Source of the DNA: Acidobacteriota bacterium
Lineage (GTDB): Bacteria; Acidobacteriota; UBA6911; RPQK01; JAJDTT01
Length of the DNA stretch: 64,000 bases
Assembly (NCBI GenBank): GCA_965217775.1
Contig: CBDCJH010000002.1
Span: 5,088,001-5,152,000, forward strand
Direction of reading: 5' to 3'
Numbering within the stretch: position 1 is the first letter of the stretch; each line of letters opens with the position of its first letter. The notes beneath the pieces are model-generated. The model saw only the letters and a program-made list of their open reading frames with translations, had not been told where the DNA came from and did not search any database. Below, piece after piece: positions 19,053 to 29,148 of the stretch. The position numbers and the translations under genes were made by a program.

Positions 19053-22000
19053 CTGCGGCCGTCTCCGCATCCTTCCCGGAGAGAACCGCCGCGAGCCCGT
19101 CCCGAAACCGGGAAACCGACCCGGAGCCGAGATACGATGAGGCCCAGCGCCGAGCCCTAGACCTCTCCTCCCACATGGTCGTGTCCGCGGCGGCCGGATC
19201 CGGCAAGACTCGGGTTCTGGTGGGGCGCTACCTGCGGATCCTGGAAGGTTACGGACACCAGCCTCACCAGACCGTCGCCATCACCTTCACCGAGGAAGCG
19301 GCCTCCCAAATGGCCGCGCGCATCCGGGAAGGGGTCCTGGCCAGACTCTTTTCAGCTCCCTCCCCAGAGAAGAAGCGTCCCTGGGAAGAGGCGCTGGAGG
19401 CCTTGGGAGACGCTCCCATCACCACCCTGCACGGCTTCTGCCTGAGGATCCTCAGGGAACACGGCAGCCGGATCGGCCTCGATCCCGGCTTCGCAGTCCT
19501 GAACGGAGGGGATCAGCGCCTGCTGCTGGACCGGTGTCTCCGGGAGCTGCTCGATTCCTGGTCTCGCACCCGGCTTCCCGCGTTCGCGACGCTGCTCGGA
19601 TATCTGCCCTACCGGAGAATCGAAAGGGTCCTGACCGAGCTGGTCCAGAGACGGAATCACCTGACCGCTCGCTCGTCCCTTGACCAGGCTGAGATCCTGC
19701 GCCGCCTTTATCGGCGGGAAACGGCGCACTTCCTTTCGCAGTCGGATCTGTGGCGCCGGTTGCGGCGCCTCCTGGAGCGGGTGCCGAAACGGCTCTTGAT
19801 CCGGAACGATTCCTATGCCCGAAAATGCGTCCGGCAGCGAGACCTCTTCGCGATTCGCCTCAAGCTGGACGAGATGGAGTTCCTGGTTCGGTTCCAGGAA
19901 TCTCTGGGCCTGGTGGCTCGGCCTTCCAAACCCTGGAAGGACTGGGAACATCGGGCCGACCTGGTGAAGTGCTGGAAGGGTCTCAAAGAGGAATATGGCC
20001 GTTATCCGCTGCAGGTCTCCCGCCCGTCCGATGAATCCGGTTTCGACGGCGACGCTCACTTCGAGAAGGCGACGCTGGCCCTGGAGGAACTGGCCGGACT
20101 GGCCTTGGATTGCTATCGGTCCGAGAAGGGACAGGATTCGCTGCTGGATTTCGAAGATCTGCTGGCGCTGGCTCGTTCCTTGGTCCGTTTGCCGGAAGTT
20201 CGCAGGACACTGCGGAGCCGGCATCGATTTTTTCTGGTGGACGAATTTCAGGACACCAACCGCCTGCAGTGGGAAATCCTCAAGCCGTTGCTGGGTCCCG
20301 GCTCGAATTTCTTCGCCGTCGGCGACGACAAGCAGTCTATCTACCGCTTCCGGGATGCGGACGTCTCGGTATTTCGAGCGGTTCGGAAGTGGGTCCGGAT
20401 GCGGGGACGCGTCGTCGAGCTGCGCCGGAACTACCGCTCCCATTCCAGCTTGGTGCGTTTCAGCAACCGGGTCTTCCGGAACCTGATGCAACCGGGGTTG
20501 GACTATGAGGCGGTTCATCAAGAGATGACTCCCGTCCGGAACGAGTGCGCCATCGCGGATCCGGGAGTCCGGGGATTGCTCTACGAAAAGCTCCCGCAGG
20601 GGTACGACTCCGAGGCCGAAGTGGCGGCGGAGGCGGCCAAGGGCCTGCTGTCGGCAGGGTTCCAGGCCCATGAGATCGGGGTCCTGCTCCGGAATCGCAA
20701 CCGGCTTCAGGAGTTCGAGAACGCGTTCTGCCGCTGGGGTTTGCCCTTTGCCGCCCGGGGGGGCAATCGGCTTCACGATCAACCCGAGATCGTGGACCTG
20801 GCGAATCTACTCGCCTTTCTGGATGATCCCCGAAGGGACCTGGAATTGCTGGGGGTGCTCCGGAGTCCCCTGTTCAGTTTCTCGGACGAGGATCTGCTGC
20901 TCCTTTCATTGCAGGAGGGGTGCGGGATCTGGGATAAGCTTCAGTCTGCGGAATCTCCCGCGGGCGCTTTGCCCGGGCATTGGGTCTTCGCGCGGGAATC
21001 GTTGGAAGCGTGGCTCCAGGCGCTCTATCTGGGATCGGCGGCCATCCTGGCCCGTGCGACCGCGGAGACCGGTTACGATGAGGTCATGGCAGCCGGCGGC
21101 CGGGGAGATCTGGCCCGGACCAGTATCCACCGGCTGCTGGAACTGGCCCGGAGATTCGAGATCGACCATGGACCCTCCCGGCGTCCCTTTCTCCGTTACC
21201 TGGAGGGGCTCCGCCGGCTCGGAGCCCACGAGGGGGGATTCGCGGAAGGCGGCACGGACCGGATTCGGGTTCACACCATCCACGGGGCCAAGGGTCTGCA
21301 ATATCCGGCGGTCATTCTTCCCGATCTGGGTGCGCCGCTCCTGGCCGGGATGAACGATCCTTTCTTCGGCCAGAGGTTGGGGCGGGAAAAGGGCCGGTAT
21401 TGTTTCGGCCTCTCGATCCGAAATCCGCTGCGGAATTATGAGGAATACCGGCATCCGCAGTTCGAGATGTTGCGGCGGCTGGATCGGTATCGCCAGACGG
21501 CCGAGGAGAAACGGCTCCTCTACGTGGCCCTGACCCGGGCCCGTGAGAGATTGGTGCTGATCGGGAAGAAGTCGGGACGGCCATCCTACGCCCGCTGGTT
21601 GCAGGAAGCGGGAGCAGAGACCTCCATGGTCCCGTTGACCCTCCGGCCTCTCGAACGCTCCCGCAAGTCGACCGGGCGGGAGGCAGAAGAGAACGAGCTC
21701 TCTCCCGCCGCCTCTTCCCAAGTTCGTAGCGGAGATTCGACCTTGACGGGTCGGAGCCATCATCTCCCGTCGGCCGCCGGCAGTTGGAGCAAAACCACCT
21801 GGACACCGACCGAGATCGTCTCCTACTATCGATGCCCCCGGAGCTTCTTCCATTCCCGGGTGGAGGGACGGACGGAGGCGCCGGCCACGGGTTGGCGCGC
21901 GAGCCCGTCGGCGCTGGTGGGCTCGGCCGTGCACGAGTTGCTGGAGAATCAGGGTGCGTTGGGAAGTGAAGCGGAGGTGGAACGTTTCCGGGACCGGTGG

Positions 22001-22561
22001 CGGGCGAGGCTTGGCCCCGTCTATTCGGAGGTGGAGATTCGCCGCATGAGCCGCCGCATCGAGGAGAGCCTCGAGGGTGTCCGGAAGTGCCGCCTCGCGG
22101 AGCGTCTCGCCTCCGCCCGGAGGGTCTTCAGCGAAAAGCGATTCCATCTGCTGGAGCAGGGGCGCCTGGTGACGGGGATCATCGACAAGCTCTTTCAGGA
22201 GCGGAACGGCCGCTGGGTGGTCGTGGATTTCAAGACCTCACCTCTGATTGAACCTGAAGACGGCCAGGGGATCGTCGAGAGAGGCTACCGGCTCCAGGTC
22301 CAACTCTACCTGTGGGCCGTGTCCCGAGTGTTGGAGACCATGAATCTGGAGGGGCACCTGTTGTTCACGGAGGCCGGTACGCTCCGGCCGGTGCCCTTCG
22401 ACGCCGGCGTCGCGGGCCGATGCCGGGGTCTGATCGGCGGTCTTCCCAGTACGCCGGATCTGGGCCAATTTCCCCGGACCCAGGTCTCCGAAACGTGTTC
22501 CGGATGTGGATTCAAGACCGGACGGGTCTGCCCGGGAGCGGCCGAGCCCCATCCGGATTGA
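19049..22561 (+). CDS. addA: AddA-like UvrD helicase with C-terminal PD-(D/E)XK nuclease
   Basis: AAAGSGKT, VDEFQDT, VGDDKQSIYRFR, TIHGAKGL, LYVALTRA, IDKL...VDFKT. Confidence 0.93.
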   Translation: MTAAVSASFPERTAASPSRNRETDPEPRYDEAQRRALDLSSHMVVSAAAGSGKTRVLVGRYLRILEGYGHQPHQTVAITFTEEAASQMAARIREGVLARLFSAPSPEKKRPWEEALEALGDAPITTLHGFCLRILREHGSRIGLDPGFAVLNGGDQRLLLDRCLRELLDSWSRTRLPAFATLLGYLPYRRIERVLTELVQRRNHLTARSSLDQAEILRRLYRRETAHFLSQSDLWRRLRRLLERVPKRLLIRNDSYARKCVRQRDLFAIRLKLDEMEFLVRFQESLGLVARPSKPWKDWEHRADLVKCWKGLKEEYGRYPLQVSRPSDESGFDGDAHFEKATLALEELAGLALDCYRSEKGQDSLLDFEDLLALARSLVRLPEVRRTLRSRHRFFLVDEFQDTNRLQWEILKPLLGPGSNFFAVGDDKQSIYRFRDADVSVFRAVRKWVRMRGRVVELRRNYRSHSSLVRFSNRVFRNLMQPGLDYEAVHQEMTPVRNECAIADPGVRGLLYEKLPQGYDSEAEVAAEAAKGLLSAGFQAHEIGVLLRNRNRLQEFENAFCRWGLPFAARGGNRLHDQPEIVDLANLLAFLDDPRRDLELLGVLRSPLFSFSDEDLLLLSLQEGCGIWDKLQSAESPAGALPGHWVFARESLEAWLQALYLGSAAILARATAETGYDEVMAAGGRGDLARTSIHRLLELARRFEIDHGPSRRPFLRYLEGLRRLGAHEGGFAEGGTDRIRVHTIHGAKGLQYPAVILPDLGAPLLAGMNDPFFGQRLGREKGRYCFGLSIRNPLRNYEEYRHPQFEMLRRLDRYRQTAEEKRLLYVALTRARERLVLIGKKSGRPSYARWLQEAGAETSMVPLTLRPLERSRKSTGREAEENELSPAASSQVRSGDSTLTGRSHHLPSAAGSWSKTTWTPTEIVSYYRCPRSFFHSRVEGRTEAPATGWRASPSALVGSAVHELLENQGALGSEAEVERFRDRWRARLGPVYSEVEIRRMSRRIEESLEGVRKCRLAERLASARRVFSEKRFHLLEQGRLVTGIIDKLFQERNGRWVVVDFKTSPLIEPEDGQGIVERGYRLQVQLYLWAVSRVLETMNLEGHLLFTEAGTLRPVPFDAGVAGRCRGLIGGLPSTPDLGQFPRTQVSETCSGCGFKTGRVCPGAAEPHPD

Positions 22562-22574
22562 AGAGCGAGCAGTG

Positions 22575-24242
22575 ATGCAACGGGAACAGTTGGAGGTGGA
22601 CGTTCTCTTCGTCGGTGCGGGACCGGCTTGCTTGAGTGCCGCGTTCCACCTGTCGCGCCTGGTGAGCCGGCATGACCGTGAAGTGGCGGAAGGGGTCCGG
22701 CCGGGTTCGCCCCTGGGTGAGCAGCTCCTGCTGGTCGTGGAGAAGGGAAAGGAGATCGGATCCCATGCCCTGAGCGGCGCCATCGTGGACCCCCGGGCCT
22801 TTCGGAATCTGCTTCAGGATTTCCCCGGTGCGGAACCGCCGCTGGACGCTCTGGTGCGGAAAGAGGACGTCCTGTTCCTTACCGAAAAGTGGCATTTTCG
22901 GCTTCCCATGATCCCGCCGCCGTTGCACAACGAAGGCAACCACGTGGCCTCGCTGGGAAAGCTGGTGAAATGGCTGGCCGGCCTCTGCCAGGACCATGGG
23001 GTCGAGGTCTACCCCGAATTCCCGGCGGTCAAGCTCCTCCTGGAGGGGAATCGGGTGGTGGGCGCCCGGATGGGGGACCGGGGGCGGGACGCCAAGGGGC
23101 GGCCCAGGTCGCACTTCGAGCCCGGAACCGACGTACTGGCCAAAATCACCGTCTTGGGGGAAGGCCCCCGAGGCACGTTGACCCGCCAAGCGGAAGAACG
23201 ACTTGGACTGGACCGCGACAGCGGCCCGCAACTCTATTCGCTGGGTGTGAAGGAAGTCTGGCGGGTCCCGGGAATCGAGCCGGGACGGGTCTACCACACC
23301 TTCGGCTACCCGACTGGAACCCGGGAGTTCGGGGGAGGTTTCATCTACACCCTGACGCAGGAGCAGGTCCATGTGGGGTTCGTCGTGGGCCTGGACTCGC
23401 GAGATCCGCGGGAAGATGCCCACCGGCTGTTGCAGGAATACAAGCAACACCCCTTCGTGAGGCGCCTCCTGGAAGGAGGCCGGGTGGTCTCCTACGGCGC
23501 CAAGGCCATTCCGGAGGGGGGCTACCACTCGATGCCGCGGCTCTACGGCGACGGACTGCTCCTGGTGGGAGATTCGGCCGGATTCCTCAACCCCGCCCGG
23601 TTGAAGGGGATCCACTTGGCCATCGAATCGGGAATGATGGCGGCCGAGGCAGCTTTCGAGGCCCTGGTGGCGCGCGATTGTTCCGCCGACCGGTTGAAGC
23701 GGTACGACGAGTTGTTCCAAGCGAGTGAGGCCAGGAAGGAACTCCACTCCACCCGCAACTTCCGCCAGTCCTTCCAGCGGGGCTTCTGGACCGGCCTCCT
23801 CTACAACGGCTTCCAGACGCTGACCGGATTGGGTTGGGGAGGCGTCTGGAACACGGTGCCGGGCCATGAGCGTATGGTCAAAATGGACGGTTCCGGAGCA
23901 ACCGGAGAGGCGCCGTTTCCCGGGGACGGCGGCCTCACCTTCGACAAGCTCTCCGACGTCTACCTCTCGGACACGGCTCACGAGGAGGATCAGCCCAGCC
24001 ACCTCAAGATCTCGGACCTGGAGATCTGTCGCGACAAGTGCCGGCGGGAATACGGCAACCCTTGCCAGCATTTCTGTCCGGCGGGCGTCTACGAGATGGT
24101 GCAGGATGGGGACGGGCCCAGGCTCCAGGTCAACTTCACCAATTGTGTCCACTGCAAGACCTGCGACATCCTGGACCCCTATCAGGTGATCCTGTGGACT
24201 CCCCCCGAAGGGGGCGGCGGACCGGACTACAAGAACATGTGA
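22575..24242 (+). CDS. Electron transfer flavoprotein-ubiquinone oxidoreductase
   Basis: VGAGPA FAD motif, KGIHLAIESG, C-terminal FCPAGVYE...NCVHCKTC. Confidence 0.95.
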   Translation: MQREQLEVDVLFVGAGPACLSAAFHLSRLVSRHDREVAEGVRPGSPLGEQLLLVVEKGKEIGSHALSGAIVDPRAFRNLLQDFPGAEPPLDALVRKEDVLFLTEKWHFRLPMIPPPLHNEGNHVASLGKLVKWLAGLCQDHGVEVYPEFPAVKLLLEGNRVVGARMGDRGRDAKGRPRSHFEPGTDVLAKITVLGEGPRGTLTRQAEERLGLDRDSGPQLYSLGVKEVWRVPGIEPGRVYHTFGYPTGTREFGGGFIYTLTQEQVHVGFVVGLDSRDPREDAHRLLQEYKQHPFVRRLLEGGRVVSYGAKAIPEGGYHSMPRLYGDGLLLVGDSAGFLNPARLKGIHLAIESGMMAAEAAFEALVARDCSADRLKRYDELFQASEARKELHSTRNFRQSFQRGFWTGLLYNGFQTLTGLGWGGVWNTVPGHERMVKMDGSGATGEAPFPGDGGLTFDKLSDVYLSDTAHEEDQPSHLKISDLEICRDKCRREYGNPCQHFCPAGVYEMVQDGDGPRLQVNFTNCVHCKTCDILDPYQVILWTPPEGGGGPDYKNM

Positions 24243-24289
24243 GTCGGCGACCGGCCGGCAGTGGCCGCCGTCAGGGAAACGCGACCAAA

Positions 24290-24399
24290 GGGGTCGTCCT
24301 ACGTCTGTTTCCTCACCCCTCTCTTCAGTCGAAGCACGGCTTCCACGCCCAGCCAAAGCGACAGCGCCAAGATGACTCCTCCCACGATCAGCAGCAGGT
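24290..24399 (-). repeat. Displaced copy of the cstA 3' end (direct repeat of about 27464-27573)
   Basis: Encodes LLLIVGGVILALSLWLGVEAVLRLKRGVRKQT*, matching the CstA C-terminus except one I/V. Confidence 0.9.
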
Positions 24400-24649
24400 A
24401 CGAGAAAGGGGACCGCGAGAAAGGGGACAGTCTATTTTTCCGGGAGAAAGGGGACAGTCTATTTTTCCCGGACGAGACTTGGTCACCAAGGATGACCTGG
24501 AGCGTGCGGTCGCACCGTTGGCCACGCGCGCCAGCCTCTACCGTGCCCTCTGGCTCCAGACCGGAGCTATTGTTGCCGCCGTTGCGAAAAGGGACAGTCC
24601 GGAAAGGGACAGTCTGTTTTCCGGGACGCTCGAAAGGGACCGTGAAGCG

Positions 24650-24758
24650 CGGACAAGGCGCGATGAGGGAGCATACCGGGAGTATGTGACCGAGTCGCAA
24701 CGCAGTCCGCCGGGATGCAGGGACGGTCGAATGCCGTGACGACTTTTGCCACGGGCTG
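24650..24758. mobile_element. MITE family B, truncated copy
   Basis: Matches the part of the full copies (46024, 63463) ending gacttttgccacgggctg. Confidence 0.85.
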
Positions 24759-24770
24759 GTAGACATCGCC

Positions 24771-25013
24771 TCAGCGCGCAATGGTAAGGATCACAACGAT
24801 GGATTCGTCTGCCTCGATGGCGTAGCAGATACGCCAGTCGCCCACACGGATGCGCCACACAGCACTGACACCTCCAAGCTTTCGGGTGCCAGGTGGGCAC
24901 AAGTCGCCCGCCAATGCCTCAATCGAGGTGGACAATCGCCGAAGGGTTGCTCGCTCAACGATACTGCGGAGGTCTTTTTCTGCCCCTCTCGAAAGTATGA
25001 TCCGGCGGGTCAA
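24771..25013 (-). pseudogene. RelE/ParE toxin, copy 1, premature stop
   Basis: WRIRVGDWRICY motif; reads TIAR*GDVY where R-x-D-V-Y is expected. Confidence 0.8.
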
Positions 25014-25242
25014 AGATCCAGGTCACTTTTGAGATCATCGAAACTAAAGCAGCAGGCGACCAAGAAGGGGACCGCGACCAAGAAGGGGACAGTCTATTGT
25101 TCCGTGTGTTTCGGCCACGCGCGCCAGCCTCTACCGTGCCCTCTGGCTCCAGACCGGAGCTATTGTTGCCGCCGTTGCGAAAAGGGACAGTCCGGAAAGG
25201 GACAGTCTGTTTTCCGGGACGCTCGAAAGGGACCGTGAAGCG

Positions 25243-25351
25243 CGGACAAGGCGCGATGAGGGAGCATACCGGGAGTATGTGACCGAGTCGCAACGCAGTC
25301 CGCCGGGATGCAGGGACGGTCGAATGCCGTGACGACTTTTGCCACGGGCTG
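25243..25351. mobile_element. MITE family B, truncated copy in the duplicated unit
   Basis: Same sequence as 24650-24758. Confidence 0.85.
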
Positions 25352-25363
25352 GTAGACATCGCC

Positions 25364-25606
25364 TCAGCGCGCAATGGTAAGGATCACAACGATGGATTCG
25401 TCTGCCTCGATGGCGTAGCAGATACGCCAGTCGCCCACACGGATGCGCCACACAGCACTGACACCTCCAAGCTTTCGGGTGCCAGGTGGGCACAAGTCGC
25501 CCGCCAATGCCTCAATCGAGTTGGACAATCGCCGAAGGGTTGCTCGCTCAACGATACTGCGGAGGTCTTTTTCTGCCCCTCTCGAAAGTATGATCCGGCG
25601 GGTCAA
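25364..25606 (-). pseudogene. RelE/ParE toxin, copy 2, same premature stop
   Basis: Same as copy 1 except T to N. Confidence 0.8.
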
Positions 25607-25906
25607 AGATCCAGGTCACTTTTGAGATCATCGAAACTAAAGCAGCAGGCGACCAAGAAGGGGACAGTCTATTGTTCCGTGTGTTTCCGGAGGCATAGAA
25701 CAGGCCACAAGAGTGCCGGCTCCTTTGGCCGCCAAGGCGACTCAGGTGGTCACTTGGTCGAGTTTCCGCGGTTGCTTCCTGAAACACGAGGCTTGCCGGG
25801 TTTCCTGAGTTTCCTTCGCCGTTCTCAGTTCTGAATCGTTGGTGTCATAAAGGGTTGCGAAACGACTCCCACGCGAGTCCGAGTCCGATTAACCGAACCG
25901 AGGATC

Positions 25907-26848
25907 GTGGCCATGGCCCGAGCCGCACGACACAAGAGCACAGAAGCCGCCTTCTATCACCTCACCAATCGAGTCGCCGGCAAATCCAATTGGTTCCCCT
26001 TTAAAAACCACCAAGCCGGTCGCAAACTCCTGGACATGATGTTGTTCTACGTCAATGCCTACCGGTGTCGTTTGGCCGCTTTCCAGATCATGGGCAATCA
26101 CTTCCACTTCGTCATCCATTTTGAGAAACTCCGCCCCTTGTCCCGCGAGGAGTTGGAGGAGAGCGCCCACAAGCTTTATGGACGACAGGCAGAGAAGAAA
26201 ACCGCCGATTGGACCGTCGCCCAGTGGGAGGCTTTCAACCAGCGTCTCTTTGACGTGTCGAAACTAATGCAGAACGTGGACGGGCAGTATGCCCTGTGGT
26301 TCAACCGCGAGTTTGAACGGCGAGGCCATCTTTGGGGTGATCGCTTCAAGAACCCGGAACTCTTGGGAAGCGAAGCCGTCCAGGACGCCATCCTCTACGT
26401 GGAACTCAATGCCGTCCGGGCCGGACTGGTCAAAAGGCCCGAGCAATGGAAATTCGGCTCGGCCCGCTGGAGACTCACCGGCGAGGATCAAGACCTGATT
26501 CCACTGGAGGAACTGTTCCCCTCGGATCCCGGAACCGAGGTGTACAGCAGTTACCAGGCTCGCTTGTACTATCGAGGAGCCGTCCCCACCCGGGAGAACC
26601 AGGCCGCGATCCCCCGGTGGATCCTCCATCAGGAGCAGCGACGTGGATTTACCCGTGCCGGAGCCTTTCGCCGTCGATTGCGATTTCTGACGGACGGATT
26701 GGCCGTCGGGCCGGCAGAGAAGGTGGCGCAGTTGCTGGAGACGTATCGGCAACAAGGTCGATATCGACGTCGCCGACACCCCATCCCCCAACTGGGCGGA
26801 GTGCTGTATTCTCTGCGGGAGCAGCGCTCGAACGCCTTCGTCACGTAG
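25907..26848 (+). CDS. HUH/Y1 transposase (IS200-like, REP-associated type)
   Basis: YHLTNR, MGNHFH (HUH), HLWGDRFK, YVELNAVRAGLV..PEQW..GS. Confidence 0.9.
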   Translation: MAMARAARHKSTEAAFYHLTNRVAGKSNWFPFKNHQAGRKLLDMMLFYVNAYRCRLAAFQIMGNHFHFVIHFEKLRPLSREELEESAHKLYGRQAEKKTADWTVAQWEAFNQRLFDVSKLMQNVDGQYALWFNREFERRGHLWGDRFKNPELLGSEAVQDAILYVELNAVRAGLVKRPEQWKFGSARWRLTGEDQDLIPLEELFPSDPGTEVYSSYQARLYYRGAVPTRENQAAIPRWILHQEQRRGFTRAGAFRRRLRFLTDGLAVGPAEKVAQLLETYRQQGRYRRRRHPIPQLGGVLYSLREQRSNAFVT

Positions 26849-26970
26849 AATCTTCTGATCCCCGACCCGCCAGACCTCCAACCGTCGATTCTGCCACCGC
26901 GGCACCGAACGACCCAGATCACGAGAACCACCCAATAGACTCTGGTCTTTCCCCATATTTTCTGACGGTT

Positions 26971-27184
26971 CAGGAGAACAGGGAGAAGGTTTGAACGAGG
27001 ATCGTGACGAGGCGGTCCAATCCCGGCAGCCCGGCCACGTCCCGGGTAATCAAGACTGTCCCTTTCCGTCCGGCATGCAGGAGAACAGGGAGAAGGTTTG
27101 AACGAGGATCGTGACGAGGCGGTCCAATCCCGGCAGCCCGGCCACGTCCCGGGTAATCAAGACTGTCCCTTTCCGTCCGGCATG
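26971..27184. repeat. Perfect 107-bp tandem repeat
   Basis: Units start at 26971 and 27078; each contains agactgtccctttcc. Confidence 0.9.
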
Positions 27185-27311
27185 GTCGCGCGAGAACAAC
27201 TCATTTGGCTGGAGAATAACTTCCACCGACGCGATTTCCTCATCGGAGGCGGACTGGCTGTACGTGGTCGCGCGCCGCGCGCCGGGAATCGAGACGGTCC
27301 CTTTCCGTCTG

Positions 27312-27437
27312 CGGGAGTATCCCCGCGCGCTGCAGGTGACACGGCTCAACAGACAGGGGAGTCTGTCCGTGGGCCAGCGCCGTTACTTTGTGTGTGAGGC
27401 GTTGGATCGGGAATGGGTGGGCAAGACTAACCTGTAA
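27312..27437 (+). pseudogene. Transposase C-terminal fragment (IS481-like)
   Basis: EYPRALQVTRLNRQGSLSVGQRRYFVCEALDREWVG. Confidence 0.55.
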
Positions 27438-27472
27438 AGGATGTCATGACACCAAACACACAAGGGTCGCCC

Positions 27473-29128
27473 CTACGTCTGTTTCCTCACGCCTCTCTTC
27501 AGTCGAAGCACGGCTTCGACGCCCAGCCAGAGTGAAAGCGCCAGGATGATTCCTCCCACGATCAGCAGCAGGTGCGCCCCGGAGGTCCAGAAATCGCGCA
27601 TCTTGAAGCACATGGCCACCAGTGTCGTGATGAGCATGAAAAGCATCGGAACGGCCGTGTACCAGAAGGGCCGCCTGCGGTGCATCAGGTACAGCGTCAC
27701 CGTCAGCAGGGTGAGTCCCGCCAGGACCTGATTGGTGGTCCCGAACAACTGCCAGAGCGCCAGGCCGGCGGCCTTCCCGTCCACTCGATAGAAGGCGAAG
27801 AATCCGATGGTGGCGACTGCCCCGAGAGACGCGACGTAACGGTTCGAGAGGATCCGGACTCCCAGGGTTTCGCCGATCTCGCTGATATTGAAGCGGAGCA
27901 GCCGGGTGGCCGAGTCCAGGGTGGTGAGGGCGAACGAGATGGCGATGAGGGCGACGAAGGCCTTGGCCAGTTCCAGGGGAATGCCCAGTTGGCTCATGAA
28001 CAGGGCGGCTCCGTCGATGAACGCTTTCATGTTCGGACCCAGGCCCAGGGCCATGTCCCAGCTCTGGTAGTGGGCCATCCAGAGGTCGCGCGTGAGGAAA
28101 CCGGCGGTGCAGGCCAGCACGGAGACGAGTCCCAGCAGCGATTCTCCGATCATGCCCCCGTAGCCGATGAAGGTGGCGTCGGTTTCCCGGTTGATCTGCT
28201 TTGCCGTGGTCCCCGAGGAGACGAGTCCGTGGAAGCCCGAGACGGCTCCGCAGGCGATGACGATGAAGACGAAGGGGAAGATGGGGGGAGCCCCGGGCGG
28301 ATGAGTCTGAACGGCCGGAGCCGCGAACTCGGGACCGAGCCAGAAGAACCCGGCGTAGATCAGGAACAGTCCCAGGTACAGAAGCAGTGAGTTGATGTAG
28401 TCCCTGGGTTGCAGCAGGGACCAGACCGGCAACACGGAAGCGGCCAGGCTGTAAGCCAGCAGGATCACGCTCCACTGTCCCAGGCTCAGATCGGGGCTGG
28501 GAAGCTCGACACCCATCCAGACACTCAGGAGGGTCACGGCGAAGGCCACGGCCGTGGCCTTCTTGATGGACGCGTTCCGCTTGTACACGAGCCAGCCCAC
28601 GACCAGAGCGACCACCATGAGGGTTCCGCTGGGGTAGACGGCCTGAGGGTTGTATTGGGTGGTCAGGAGCGTGGCCGAAACGTGGACGAAAACCCCCATG
28701 GCCAAGCCGATGAGGAAGAAGATGATGATGTGGAAAAGGCTCTTGGCCCGGGGACCCACGATGTCCTCGGCCACCTTTCCCACCGACATGCCCTTGGCGC
28801 GCATGGAGATCACCAAGGCGCTGAAGTCGTGGACGGCGCCGATGAACAGCGTTCCCAGGACCACCCAGAGCATGGCGGGCACCCATCCCCAAATCACCGC
28901 GATGGCGGGGCCCAACATGGGGGACAGGCCGGCGATGGAGGCATAATGATGTCCGAACAGCACCCATCGGTTCGCCGGTACGTAGTCCACTCCGTCGTTC
29001 AGTTCATGGGCGGGTGTGGTGGCGTTCGGATCCAGTTGAAAGATCCGGCGGCCCAGATACTTGCCGTAGAACTTGAAGCCGATCAGATAAAGGCAGAAGC
29101 AAAGCAGGGCGGCGAGGATCGGGCTCAT
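27473..29128 (-). CDS. cstA: Carbon starvation protein A (peptide/pyruvate transporter)
   Basis: TPAHELNDGVDYVP, FGHHYASIAG, IACGAVSGFH, WQLFGTTNQ. Confidence 0.96.
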   Translation of the reverse strand: MSPILAALLCFCLYLIGFKFYGKYLGRRIFQLDPNATTPAHELNDGVDYVPANRWVLFGHHYASIAGLSPMLGPAIAVIWGWVPAMLWVVLGTLFIGAVHDFSALVISMRAKGMSVGKVAEDIVGPRAKSLFHIIIFFLIGLAMGVFVHVSATLLTTQYNPQAVYPSGTLMVVALVVGWLVYKRNASIKKATAVAFAVTLLSVWMGVELPSPDLSLGQWSVILLAYSLAASVLPVWSLLQPRDYINSLLLYLGLFLIYAGFFWLGPEFAAPAVQTHPPGAPPIFPFVFIVIACGAVSGFHGLVSSGTTAKQINRETDATFIGYGGMIGESLLGLVSVLACTAGFLTRDLWMAHYQSWDMALGLGPNMKAFIDGAALFMSQLGIPLELAKAFVALIAISFALTTLDSATRLLRFNISEIGETLGVRILSNRYVASLGAVATIGFFAFYRVDGKAAGLALWQLFGTTNQVLAGLTLLTVTLYLMHRRRPFWYTAVPMLFMLITTLVAMCFKMRDFWTSGAHLLLIVGGIILALSLWLGVEAVLRLKRGVRKQT

Positions 29129-29148
29129 GGAAACGGTCTCCTGTGGGA

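Larger units (their letters stand above)
24520..25687. repeat. Near-perfect tandem duplication, period 593 bp
   Basis: 24520-25112 repeats as 25113-25687; one SNP seen in relE and one 18-bp unit difference. Confidence 0.92.

Noticed and set aside
24400-24620. GGGACAGTC repeats as a CRISPR array
   Set aside because: Short, irregularly spaced and present in both orientations around a transposase.
24768-24776. TGA in relE as selenocysteine or programmed readthrough
   Set aside because: The position corresponds to Arg (CGA to TGA); a simple nonsense mutation is more likely.
24299-24781. 160-aa ORF ending in the CstA C-terminus, and similar ORFs at 24955, 45998 and 63260
   Set aside because: Read-through of MITE and repeat sequence; not credible genes.
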